A stretch of DNA of 44,586 nucleotides, from the IMG/VR virus record IMGVR_UViG_3300031673_000122; one strand, 5' to 3'. Both the position numbers and the translations under genes were made by a program. The notes under the pieces were generated by a model. The model had not been told where the DNA came from and did no database searches. It saw nothing but the letters and a program-made list of their open reading frames with translations. This document shows, piece by piece, positions 33,338 to 41,999 of this stretch (the stretch's first letter is position 1; each line of letters starts with the position of its first letter). Source of the stretch: a virus.

Positions 33338-34054
33338 ATGAAATGGAAATCTTATTGTGTTTTGTTGTGGATAATCATTGTTTTGGGCGGTCTGTATATA
33401 GCTGCCTTTTTAGGTAAAGCCAAACAGACACGGAGCATAGGCACTCTTACTAATGTTGAGGCTATTGGTACGATAGAAGAACCCATAGATTTTACTGTTC
33501 CGCTCTGCGTAGCATACAGTATTTCGATTGATTCTAATCAAGTTAGTGACTTTCGTAATGGATGTCAGAGTAATTGTGATTATTACACTGATATTAGAAT
33601 CATACTTGACGGCGTAACAAGAGATTTCACCCTTGACGATTTCAAACAGAAGTTGGGATTCGAAGAGGTGGATTGCAATATGATATGCAGAACCGAGATT
33701 ATCATAGACCCAAATTCTGAACTCGTTAGAAGTCTAAATTTACTTTATGACCCCAATTTCTATGAAGTATCTTACGATTTGGAGGACGACTTGGCGGACA
33801 TAGCAATTACAATTGACGATAGTCACAAGATAGCATTCTCCACAGAGGCCGTAAGCTGTGAAATGACTGTTTGGGTAAGTGATTTTAGCGTGATACTTGA
33901 CCTGACGAAGATGTTGTTATTGACAAAGGACGAGATGCGGGACTTTGCTTTATTCGTATCGGCAGTGAGTTATGGTGGGATGTGTGATGAGTATTACAAG
34001 GCCGTATTGACCTTAGTTTCACCAAAACTATTTAAGAATGGGCAGGGTGATTAA
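33338..34054 (+). CDS. N-terminally membrane-anchored acidic protein
   Basis: 238 aa. The TM is YCVLLWIIIVLGGLYIAAFL. The remainder is Asp/Glu-rich. Confidence 0.5.
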   Translation: MKWKSYCVLLWIIIVLGGLYIAAFLGKAKQTRSIGTLTNVEAIGTIEEPIDFTVPLCVAYSISIDSNQVSDFRNGCQSNCDYYTDIRIILDGVTRDFTLDDFKQKLGFEEVDCNMICRTEIIIDPNSELVRSLNLLYDPNFYEVSYDLEDDLADIAITIDDSHKIAFSTEAVSCEMTVWVSDFSVILDLTKMLLLTKDEMRDFALFVSAVSYGGMCDEYYKAVLTLVSPKLFKNGQGD

Positions 34055-34732
34055 ATGAGAAACGGATTACTCAAAAAAGTGTATCTTGGTTGGTATCGGC
34101 AGATGCGGGATTGTCTCTATGCAAGTGATAATTATAGCAGTCCTCTTTCTCGATTACGGAAACACCGTGATGAAGTCATAGTCGAGCTGGGCGAAGGCGG
34201 TAACGGCTGGGTCAAAGAGATTATGCCCCTTGTTTTTACCTCAGACGTTCAGGAAGTCGGGACGGATATGTGCTTTTCAGCGATGGATATGATATTCGGG
34301 GCAGAGACGATAGATGCGTTCCTTCTGATAAATGTCCTGCATCATTTAAGACCGGAAACATTTTTTAACGAGGCTCTACGCTGCCTGAAGCCGGGCGGCA
34401 AAATCCTGATAATAGAACCGGCCAATACACGATGGTCAAGATTGATTTATAGATTCCACTTCGAATCCTTCAGGCCGGATTTGTACTGGGAGCCGGTCAA
34501 TAATGCGATGGCCTGGATACTCTTTTTCCGGGATGTTAAGTATTTCAAAAAACTATACCCGCAGCTTGAAATAATCAACATTAAAACTCATACATCGCTG
34601 GCATATCTGCTGGCAGGCGGGCATAGCTATCCTCAACTTGTGCCAACTTTCCTGTATCCTGTCATAAAGTGGCTTGAAAAAATCTTGCCGTTAGGCGGAA
34701 TGTTCTATACGATAGTTTTGGAGAAGGAATGA
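34055..34732 (+). CDS. SAM-dependent methyltransferase (type 11/23-like)
   Basis: VIVELGEGGNG, LINVLHHL and LKPGGKILIIEP. Confidence 0.6.
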   Translation: MRNGLLKKVYLGWYRQMRDCLYASDNYSSPLSRLRKHRDEVIVELGEGGNGWVKEIMPLVFTSDVQEVGTDMCFSAMDMIFGAETIDAFLLINVLHHLRPETFFNEALRCLKPGGKILIIEPANTRWSRLIYRFHFESFRPDLYWEPVNNAMAWILFFRDVKYFKKLYPQLEIINIKTHTSLAYLLAGGHSYPQLVPTFLYPVIKWLEKILPLGGMFYTIVLEKE

Positions 34733-34848
34733 CTAACCGCATGGCCCTGATTATCGCTTTTGGGATAGTTGCTATGTGGCTGGTTCTTATAGCGATGGGA
34801 ATTGCGATTGTCGTTCTGGACGATTATCTTTTGAATACTGGTTTTTAA
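34729..34848 (+). CDS. 39-aa single-TM peptide, below the ORF-track cutoff
   Basis: Translated by hand: MTNRMALIIAFGIVAMWLVLIAMGIAIVVLDDYLLNTGF*. The start is an ATGA overlap. Confidence 0.4.
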   Translation: MTNRMALIIAFGIVAMWLVLIAMGIAIVVLDDYLLNTGF

Positions 34849-34866
34849 CAAAAGGAGTTAGGTACT

Positions 34867-35109
34867 ATGGAAATTTTTGAAGCAATCTATGTAATAAGTG
34901 TAATAAGTGCAATGATTTTACCAATATTTCTGGGAATTTTGGATGAAATTGCTCAGAGGCGTGGTGTAGTAGCCGGGGGTGGGGATATTGTTTATTTTTA
35001 TTGCCTCTTTTTCTGGGTTACTGGTCCAATCGCTGTAATTGTGTACTTATGTTGTATAGCTTGGGTAGTAACGAAACTCATTAAGGGAAAGAAATTGCAA
35101 GATGACTGA
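34867..35109 (+). CDS. Two-TM small membrane protein
   Basis: 80 aa with RBS AAAGGAG. Confidence 0.5.
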   Translation: MEIFEAIYVISVISAMILPIFLGILDEIAQRRGVVAGGGDIVYFYCLFFWVTGPIAVIVYLCCIAWVVTKLIKGKKLQDD

Positions 35110-35146
35110 CCGAATAGCCCTTTGAAGCCAAAAGGAGTAGGCAGGG

Positions 35147-35404
35147 ATGCCAGAAGAGTTGATAAAACCAAGTAAAGACCACTGGATAGTTATATCTGCC
35201 GTCCTTATCGTCGAACGGGAAAAAGCAGGATTTTTGTCACAAGATGCTTTTGCTACCGCCTGTGGCTGGTCTCAGCAGTTTCAAAGTCAAATCGAGGACA
35301 TTAGCAAACCAATCGAACATCCAGGGGAACATAAAATACGCATTACGATTGCCGAAAAAATCTGTGAAGTGCTATATGGACTCAACAATAAAATTACGGG
35401 ATAA
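35147..35404 (+). CDS. XRE/Cro-type helix-turn-helix protein
   Basis: LSQDAFATACGWSQQFQSQIE fits the HTH_XRE pattern. Confidence 0.5.
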   Translation: MPEELIKPSKDHWIVISAVLIVEREKAGFLSQDAFATACGWSQQFQSQIEDISKPIEHPGEHKIRITIAEKICEVLYGLNNKITG

Positions 35405-35666
35405 ATATACAGAAGCCGATGAAATAAGCAGACAGTTCGAATCACGAAAGAATTTTGAAAGAGGAAAACTTTTTGGCCGACTTGCAAATGAACATGAACA
35501 GCGGATAAAGGCCCATATAAAACGGATAAAGGCCGAAGAAAGATTTATGGAAGCTCGTGGCATAAAACCCTGGATGGCAGGTTCGGCAGAGAAATTCGAT
35601 AAACTTATGCTCCGGCGGCCAGCCCACAAGGAGGCCAGCCGCAATTGGACGGACGAAGAACACTAA
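35376..35666 (+). CDS. Hypothetical basic helical protein
   Basis: ATG 35376 is in frame within track ORF 35244..35666. The longer form would overlap most of the HTH gene. Confidence 0.4.
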   Translation: MDSTIKLRDKYTEADEISRQFESRKNFERGKLFGRLANEHEQRIKAHIKRIKAEERFMEARGIKPWMAGSAEKFDKLMLRRPAHKEASRNWTDEEH

Positions 35667-35675
35667 GGTCAGGGC

Positions 35676-35882
35676 TTAATCTGGGCCGCTTTCTGCCCGG
35701 GCGTCGCCGCCCAGCCCTTGCCCTTCATCAATTTCGGGTCTCCATTTGTCGGCTCTGTCCAAAAAACCATCACATCTTTTAATTGGTTGACAAGAAGACT
35801 CGTCATAAAAGCCGCACCTCGTTTTTTTTGCTTGGGTGCAACGTTCAAGGATTGGCAAATTTCGGCTTGCAGTTTCCATCAT
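35676..35882 (-). CDS. Small Cys-containing protein on the minus strand
   Basis: 68 aa with RBS GGAAGGG 5-6 nt upstream of the ATGATG. It is convergent with the + strand genes and competes with + strand ORF 35718..35957. Confidence 0.35.
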   Translation of the reverse strand: MMETASRNLPILERCTQAKKTRCGFYDESSCQPIKRCDGFLDRADKWRPEIDEGQGLGGDARAESGPD

Positions 35883-36123
35883 TTTACCCTTCCAGTGAAA
35901 AAGCCGGCCAAGACCTGCAACGCTTGCCAGCGTGATACGCAGACCCTAACCGGCTGAGTGATTATGTTTCGGATTGTGCTGGCAAGCATTTTCATACTGT
36001 TATAATTATCGGCTATTGCTTTTCAAAAGTCAAATAAAAACCAAAAAAGGACATTAAGTTATTGGGACAAAGTCAAGCGGCATAAGTGCTGTATTTGCAA
36101 GAGATTAGGGGAGAATAAATTTT

Positions 36124-36139
36124 ACAAGTAATCACTTGT
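36124..36139. promoter_or_regulatory. 16-bp palindrome ACAAGT-aatc-ACTTGT upstream of terS
   Basis: Perfect 6-bp inverted repeat, 38 nt before ATG 36177, in a ~290-nt non-coding region. Confidence 0.3.
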
Positions 36140-36176
36140 TAGACATTTCTTGAGCTATTGCCGTAATATAAAGGTA

Positions 36177-36605
36177 ATGGCTAAGAAAGCTAAAGCGAAA
36201 AAGAAGGCCAGGGGCGTTGGCAGACCAAAAAAAACACTGGACGGTTTACCTAAGAACTGGAAAGAAGAAGTATTAAAACTCGCCAAAAACGGGGGTAGCG
36301 ATGTCGAGATAAGAGTTGCTTTAGGCTGTATATCACAGGACTTATGGGAAAGATTTATTGCTGAAGAGGAAGAATTTTCCCTAACCATAAAAAAGGCTCA
36401 TTTGCTTTGCCAGTGCTGGTGGGAGTCACAAGGCAGAAAAGGAATAAGGTCGAAAGTTTTCCAGACCGGCTTATGGACTATGAATATGAAAAATCGGTTT
36501 GGTTGGACAGATAAAACAGATGTCCAGCATGATGTAACCGATGCTTTGGCTGGATTGATGAGAGAAATAAGTGGTAGCAATAAAGGATTGCCAATTAAAG
36601 AGTGA
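36177..36605 (+). CDS. terS: Terminase small subunit
   Basis: ATG 36177; the track start is a TTG. The protein has a Lys-rich N-terminus, then a helix-turn-helix-like LAKNGGSDVEIRVALGCISQDLWERF. It lies directly upstream of and overlaps terL. Confidence 0.65.
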   Translation: MAKKAKAKKKARGVGRPKKTLDGLPKNWKEEVLKLAKNGGSDVEIRVALGCISQDLWERFIAEEEEFSLTIKKAHLLCQCWWESQGRKGIRSKVFQTGLWTMNMKNRFGWTDKTDVQHDVTDALAGLMREISGSNKGLPIKE

Positions 36606-38151
36606 GTTAGAGCCTAAGCTCAAAGACCCCTTGTGGCGGCTCAATAACCTGTATTGGATTATTGATGAGCATAGCAATCGGGTTAAGTTCAAGATGCGTC
36701 CTGTACAGCGTGAGCTGTGGGATGATATGTGGTTTTGGAATGTTATCCTGAAAAGCCGACAGCATGGTTTTACTACAGAAATTGACTTGATAGGCTTGGA
36801 TTTAGCCTTATGGAATGACAATATCGAAGCTGCAATCATAGCACATACCCTCAAAGACGTTCAGCACATATTCGCAACGAAAATCAAATATCCATACGAT
36901 AATCTACCGCAAGCCATCAAGGAACGCTGCCCTGCCCTTAAAAGTGATGGTAATGTTCTACATCTTGCAAACAATAGCTGGATTAGAGTAGCACTGTCTT
37001 TGCGGTCAAGTACGCTTAATTTCCTGCATGTATCAGAACACGGAAAGTTATGTGCTAAATACCCCCTTAAAGCAGAAGAACTTAAAACAGGCACGATGCC
37101 AGCTTTGCATGAAGGCAGCTACTTATTTGTTGAAAGCACTGCCGAAGGTGGAGCTGGTGATTTCTATGAGTTATGTACGCACTCACAATCGGACACGGCC
37201 AGAGAAAAACAGGGCAAAAAACTAAGCAAAATGCAAGCTCGTTTCCACTTTTTCCCCTGGTTCGAGGATGACAAAAATCAGACAAACCCAACAGGAGTCG
37301 AGACATCAGATGAACTTAACCGCTATTTCGAAGAACTAAGGGAAAAGCACGACATAACACTTAATGAACGGCAAAAAGCCTGGTACGCTCTGAAAAAATA
37401 CGGCCCTATGGGTTTAGGTTCCAAGATGAAGCGGGAACATCCGAGCTTTTCGGCAGAGGCTTTCGAGCAATCTGTTGAAGGTGCGGTTTATGCTGACGAG
37501 ATGGAGAAGGTACGAAACGAGGGCAGGATTCGGTTTGTGCCACATATTGAAGGTGCACCCGTTTACACTTTTTGGGATATTGGTATCGGTAATCATACTG
37601 CTATTGTTTTTGCACAATTCACCGACAACAAGAAAAATGTAATTGACTATCTTGAAGATTCAGGCCGAGGGGTTACTTACTATGCTAAAATTCTGTCAGA
37701 GAAGGAGTATATTTACGAGACACACTATTTACCTCACGATGTCCAGCAACGTGAAAAAAGCGATGGCATAGTGCTTTTAGATAAAATTGAGTCATTGCTG
37801 GGACTGCACAAAGTTAAAAAAGTACCCCGACCGGACCAGAAAGTTGATGGCCTCGAAGCGGTTAGAGAAATTTTCAAATCCTGTTTCTTCGATGCCAAAA
37901 AGACCAAGAGACTCATAGATTGCCTGAGTTATTATCGTTATGAATGGGATGAACATACTACAAGGTATAGCGATAAGCCTGTCCATGATTGGTCAAGTGA
38001 TGGGGCAGATGCGTTTCAGACTATGGCTTTGGCTTGTAGGTTTATGAAGATTGGCGGCAAGTACATCGGCTTCACTGAGCCTGAAGATAACAATCCTTAC
38101 GATAGATATGACAAGCAAGCCTATGAACCTATGAGTTTAGGGAGATTGTGA
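36571..38151 (+). CDS. terL: Terminase large subunit
   Basis: 526 aa. The Walker-A-like segment is NVILKSRQHGFTT, in an ATPase-plus-nuclease-sized protein. The start is GTG 36571; no in-frame ATG lies upstream of the conserved N-terminus. Confidence 0.8.
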   Translation: MVAIKDCQLKSELEPKLKDPLWRLNNLYWIIDEHSNRVKFKMRPVQRELWDDMWFWNVILKSRQHGFTTEIDLIGLDLALWNDNIEAAIIAHTLKDVQHIFATKIKYPYDNLPQAIKERCPALKSDGNVLHLANNSWIRVALSLRSSTLNFLHVSEHGKLCAKYPLKAEELKTGTMPALHEGSYLFVESTAEGGAGDFYELCTHSQSDTAREKQGKKLSKMQARFHFFPWFEDDKNQTNPTGVETSDELNRYFEELREKHDITLNERQKAWYALKKYGPMGLGSKMKREHPSFSAEAFEQSVEGAVYADEMEKVRNEGRIRFVPHIEGAPVYTFWDIGIGNHTAIVFAQFTDNKKNVIDYLEDSGRGVTYYAKILSEKEYIYETHYLPHDVQQREKSDGIVLLDKIESLLGLHKVKKVPRPDQKVDGLEAVREIFKSCFFDAKKTKRLIDCLSYYRYEWDEHTTRYSDKPVHDWSSDGADAFQTMALACRFMKIGGKYIGFTEPEDNNPYDRYDKQAYEPMSLGRL

Positions 38152-38152
38152 T

Positions 38153-38362
38153 ATGAGTGATGTCCTAAGCAGCTTATTCGGAGGCAAGCCCAAAAAGCCA
38201 CCACTGGTTACTCAAACACAGCCAATTGAGAAAGTCCTGCAGGGCGATGTCGAAAAGGACAAGATACTAAGAGACTTTGCCAAGCGGAGAAAAGCTACAA
38301 TGCTCAATCAGGTGTCTGGCGAACCTGCTATCAAGACGCAGAAGCTGGGAGCGGGGATATGA
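38153..38362 (+). CDS. Hypothetical small protein
   Basis: 69-aa ORF that starts 2 nt after the terL stop. Confidence 0.45.
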   Translation: MSDVLSSLFGGKPKKPPLVTQTQPIEKVLQGDVEKDKILRDFAKRRKATMLNQVSGEPAIKTQKLGAGI

Positions 38363-38462
38363 AAAAATTACCTATAAAGCTAAAAATCATCTTTTGGTAC
38401 TTAAACCGCTATAACAGGAAAACCGGCAGTAGGTTGGAAATTACAGTTAAGGAGCGGTTTGG

Positions 38463-40160
38463 ATGACTAAGACCCCCAAAAACATCATAGATGAACAGGG
38501 CAGGCTCGAAACGATACGCAAGCCGTATGAAGCCCTGAAGCAAATATCTACCGCTTTGAGCTACCCGGGCCGGTCTGACCAGTGGGATTATCGAGATTCC
38601 GTCCTCGGCAGCCAGGCAGGAAAGAGCAATACCAAAGTCCGTAAAGTGTACGATGCTACCGCTTTTCGCGGGCTGGATATATGGTCAAACGGACTTATCG
38701 GCCATTATATGCCGAAAGAGATAAACTGGTTCGCCTTGCAGATGGCAGAACGAAAACTAAGAGATTCAAAGAATGTCCGCAGATGGCTGCAGGAGACGGA
38801 CGAACACCTCAGATACGTTCTCAATCAAAGCAATTATTACGAGCAGAAACTTGTAACTATCAAAGACGCAGCAGCCCCGGGCGATGCGTACCTGTTCATC
38901 GATGAAGATTCGGATAGTGGCAAGTTAATGACAATGGCACCACATCCGAGGGAGTTCTGGGTCAGGCGGGACTGGTGGGGCCGTGTCGTAGGTATACACC
39001 ACAAGTTCAGTAGCCGAACAGTAAGGGATGTTGTGGACGAGTTCGGTAAACAGGCTTTGAGTCAGACCCAGATTCAAAGTTTGGAAAATAGCCCTGATAC
39101 CCCAGTCGATATAATTCACGGCATATACAAGAACAAGGATTACGAGCCGGACAAAATCGGCGTAAAGAACATGCCCTGGCAGCATTACTATGTCAATGTT
39201 ACCTCTTCTGGTGATAATGTCAGCGGCATTATGATGAGGGAGACGGGGACACCGACCTTGAATCCTATACCCTGGGCACTTGGCCGGCCATCACACGAGG
39301 CTTACGGCAGGGGTATGGTATCCCAGATGCTGATTGAGATACTGACCTGCAATTTGATGTCAAAAGATATGCTGTTGGCTTCACAGTTAGGGGCAAGACC
39401 GCCAATGGCAATGTCATCGGCTCTCAAACACAAATTGGATATGGGAGCTGGTGCGGTTAATTTCGTTGGTACTCGTGAGATGCAGGGCGTAAAGATGGGC
39501 GACCTGATAGCACGGTTGATAGATAGTAGCGGCTATCCGTTCGGGATTGATAATCATCAACGCTGGCAGGCGATGGTAGAGGAGCGGTTCGGAGTTCCGT
39601 TATTCTTGGGTCTAAATGCCGATTCGACATCAAAGACACTCGGCGAAGCTCGTATGAGACAGGCTGAAAGGGCGACCTTGATGGCTCCGTTTTTGGGGAC
39701 GTTAGGCACTACGACAGACCTTGAGTTCGACAGGATATACTCAATCGAATTAGATGCTGGCAGGGCACCGGAACCGCCACAAGAGGTTTTGGAGGCCCAG
39801 AACGGCAGAATAGATATCCAGTACATAGGCCCGCTTTCGCAAATGCTGAAGCAATACTATGAGACAGGAAACCTGCTGACTACGATTGCATATATCAGGG
39901 AGGCTTTAGCGGTGGCACCTGATTCTAATGTCGTTATCGAAGGCGATGAACTGATGCGAAAGATACTGCAATCAGGCAATACTCCTGAAGATATTATCCT
40001 GTCGAAAGATGAAGTATTGGAGATTAGGGCTATAGCAGCACAGCAGCAGGCAGAGGACAGGCAGATGGCTATTATGGCTCAGGCTGCGAAGGCAGTCCCT
40101 GATTTGAGTAAGAAAATCGAAGCAGACAGCGTTTTGAGTAATATGAGGGATGCGGCGTAA
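38463..40160 (+). CDS. Portal protein (podovirus head-to-tail connector type)
   Basis: 565 aa. It is the first large gene after terL, with RBS AAGGAG. Size and position fit a portal. Confidence 0.7.
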   Translation: MTKTPKNIIDEQGRLETIRKPYEALKQISTALSYPGRSDQWDYRDSVLGSQAGKSNTKVRKVYDATAFRGLDIWSNGLIGHYMPKEINWFALQMAERKLRDSKNVRRWLQETDEHLRYVLNQSNYYEQKLVTIKDAAAPGDAYLFIDEDSDSGKLMTMAPHPREFWVRRDWWGRVVGIHHKFSSRTVRDVVDEFGKQALSQTQIQSLENSPDTPVDIIHGIYKNKDYEPDKIGVKNMPWQHYYVNVTSSGDNVSGIMMRETGTPTLNPIPWALGRPSHEAYGRGMVSQMLIEILTCNLMSKDMLLASQLGARPPMAMSSALKHKLDMGAGAVNFVGTREMQGVKMGDLIARLIDSSGYPFGIDNHQRWQAMVEERFGVPLFLGLNADSTSKTLGEARMRQAERATLMAPFLGTLGTTTDLEFDRIYSIELDAGRAPEPPQEVLEAQNGRIDIQYIGPLSQMLKQYYETGNLLTTIAYIREALAVAPDSNVVIEGDELMRKILQSGNTPEDIILSKDEVLEIRAIAAQQQAEDRQMAIMAQAAKAVPDLSKKIEADSVLSNMRDAA

Positions 40161-40205
40161 TGAATATAGCCGTTAAACAGAACATAAATTTTGAGAGGAC
40201 AAAAG

Positions 40206-40385
40206 ATGGCAAAGAAAAAAGCAGTTGAAACAATAGCAGAAGTCAAAGAGCCGGTCGTAATCGAGCCGCCGGTAGTCGCACCAGTGAAAGAAGAATCTCC
40301 GCCGGATGTTAAGCTCGGTGTCGTGGCGATTAACGACCATGAAATAAGGCTCTGGGCTATCGAGAAGAAATTGGGATTGAGATAA
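40206..40385 (+). CDS. Hypothetical small head-module protein
   Basis: ATG 40206 follows GAGAGGA; the track start is a TTG. 59 aa. Confidence 0.4.
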   Translation: MAKKKAVETIAEVKEPVVIEPPVVAPVKEESPPDVKLGVVAINDHEIRLWAIEKKLGLR

Positions 40386-40546
40386 TGCCGACTCCGAACC
40401 CAAACGAGTCTGAAAAAGATTATGTTGCCCGTTGTATTCCGGTAGTGATGAAGGAAGGCAAAACTCAGGAGCAGGCAGCAGGGCAATGTTACGGTATGTA
40501 CCGGAGTCATCGCAAGGCGGCAAGGAAAAGGGCAAGTTCAAAATGA
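40385..40546 (+). CDS. 53-aa conserved-looking small phage protein, below the ORF-track cutoff
   Basis: Translated by hand: MPTPNPNESEKDYVARCIPVVMKEGKTQEQAAGQCYGMYRSHRKAARKRASSK*. The P.P..ES..D[FY]..RC....EG...QA...C pattern recurs near head genes in many phages, by recollection. Confidence 0.5.
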   Translation: MPTPNPNESEKDYVARCIPVVMKEGKTQEQAAGQCYGMYRSHRKAARKRASSK

Positions 40547-40567
40547 CTGTAAAAAGTGGAGTAGACA

Positions 40568-40756
40568 ATGAAGGTTAACAAAAGCGATATAATCATATTT
40601 CGGCAGGATACTGGCGGGCAGAGAGAAGGTATCGTTGTCGATGTGAGTATGGGAATAGTTACGGTCATGACAAAAGAAGGCAACTTCGAGGTACGTAACT
40701 CCGAAGTCGTAGCTAACAAGGGCAGTGCCTTTGAGGTTATAGAAAAGAATGGATGA
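40568..40756 (+). CDS. Hypothetical small protein
   Basis: 62-aa ORF. Confidence 0.45.
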   Translation: MKVNKSDIIIFRQDTGGQREGIVVDVSMGIVTVMTKEGNFEVRNSEVVANKGSAFEVIEKNG

Positions 40757-41039
40757 CATATTCGCCAACTGGTTAAAACAAGATGATGAAGGCAAAAGAG
40801 TGGCCCACACTTTTCGCTCTGTTTTTAGTACGGAAGAGGGCAAATTCGTTCTGCAAATTATGCTCAACGAGCTAAAGTTTCTCGAACAGTGTAAAAACGA
40901 GCAGGATATGGCCTTGAATAACTTCGCCAAGACTCTGGTGATGACTGTTTTCTGGAACGAAGAAACTGGAACCGTAGATAACAATAGGCTATTTAACTTT
41001 ATCAGAAAAATGATAGCGAAATACAGGAGAACAAAATGA
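40749..41039 (+). CDS. Hypothetical head-module protein
   Basis: 96-aa ORF overlapping both neighbours. Confidence 0.5.
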   Translation: MDDIFANWLKQDDEGKRVAHTFRSVFSTEEGKFVLQIMLNELKFLEQCKNEQDMALNNFAKTLVMTVFWNEETGTVDNNRLFNFIRKMIAKYRRTK

Positions 41040-41809
41040 TTGACGAAAATGGAGCTTTTACAGAAAAGTTTACGACAAAACTGCCGGAGATGTTAGGGGA
41101 TAACTTCTACAACGACCCCGACACAAAACAGCAGCCAACGAAGATGTTCGATAATATCAAGGACATGAAAACGCTGGTAAACGCCGTTGCAAACGGCCAG
41201 CGTACCATCAGTAAGGGCGAAGCCGCTTTCGCTGAAAAGACCAAAGGCATGGTCAAGATACCCAGCGAAAAGGCGACACCAGAAGAAATCGCCACCTATC
41301 GCAAGGCTATGAACGTGCCGGAAACGGTGGATGGCTACGAGCTGTCTGTACCTGACGGCGATGATGCCGCAGGGTATAAGGCTGTAGCTGATGTGGTCAG
41401 GACGGCGGCACTTCAGGCCGGAGTCCCGAAAAACGCTCTTTCAACTGTCTGGGATACTGTCATAACGGCTTTAGACAAACAGGCTAAAGACCTTGAGGCT
41501 AAAGGTCTGGAAATGATGAAGACCGATGAAGAGGCCCAAAAAGCAATACACAAGGAAAACTATCCGGCCTTCGTTAAGGCCGGTGATGATACCTTGGCCA
41601 AATTGAAAGCCGGACCAGAGCTTACAAAGATTCTCGAAACATTCGGTATCAAAAATCATCCTGCCATAAGAAATATACTGCACGAGATTTCACCTTTGAT
41701 TCTGGCAGGTAAGACCTTCGGCGGCGATGCACCCGCCGGCGGACAAACTGGCGAGGGCTGGCCTATGACGTATAAGTATGACCCAAACACAGGAAAGCCA
41801 ATCGAGTAG
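41036..41809 (+). CDS. Scaffolding protein
   Basis: 257 aa, acidic and helical. It is the last gene before the major capsid gene. Confidence 0.55.
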   Translation: MIDENGAFTEKFTTKLPEMLGDNFYNDPDTKQQPTKMFDNIKDMKTLVNAVANGQRTISKGEAAFAEKTKGMVKIPSEKATPEEIATYRKAMNVPETVDGYELSVPDGDDAAGYKAVADVVRTAALQAGVPKNALSTVWDTVITALDKQAKDLEAKGLEMMKTDEEAQKAIHKENYPAFVKAGDDTLAKLKAGPELTKILETFGIKNHPAIRNILHEISPLILAGKTFGGDAPAGGQTGEGWPMTYKYDPNTGKPIE

Positions 41810-41818
41810 AAAATAACA

Positions 41819-41944
41819 CCGGAGCCCGCAAGGGACGATCCGGCTTATGATATCAGCTAACCCCGCAAGGGAACTGATGCTCAGCCTGTAAAGTGCAGGC
41901 CGGTCTAAACAGCCGTTGAGTGTCAGGGAAGCCGCAAAGTGCGG
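41819..41944 (+). promoter_or_regulatory. Hairpin-rich leader upstream of the major capsid gene
   Basis: Four hairpins: CCGG..CCC-GCAA-GGG..CCGG (41819-43), CCC-GCAA-GGG (41862-71), GCCTG-taaagtg-CAGGC (41884-900) and CCGCA-AAG-TGCGG (41932-44). They sit in a 190-nt intergenic gap, which is unusually long for this genome. Confidence 0.5.
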
Positions 41945-41999
41945 ATAACTCCCGAAAGTAAAAATTGAGTTTAACATTTTTATTTAAGGAGTTATTCGA

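Noticed and set aside
35244-35375. N-terminal extension of ORF 35244..35666.
   Set aside because: It would overlap two thirds of the XRE-type HTH gene in another frame. The in-frame ATG 35376 gives a compact arrangement.
35718-35957. + strand 79-aa ORF overlapping the minus-strand ORF 35676..35882.
   Set aside because: It has no RBS and a Phe/Cys/Thr-rich composition. The minus-strand frame has a GGAAGGG RBS. Both remain low confidence, and only the minus-strand ORF was listed.
36001-36006. TATAAT hexamer as a sigma-70 promoter for the packaging operon.
   Set aside because: No acceptable -35 lies at 16-19 nt spacing (GCTGGC/TGCTGG). A single hexamer in AT-rich DNA is not evidence, so it is kept only as a remark.
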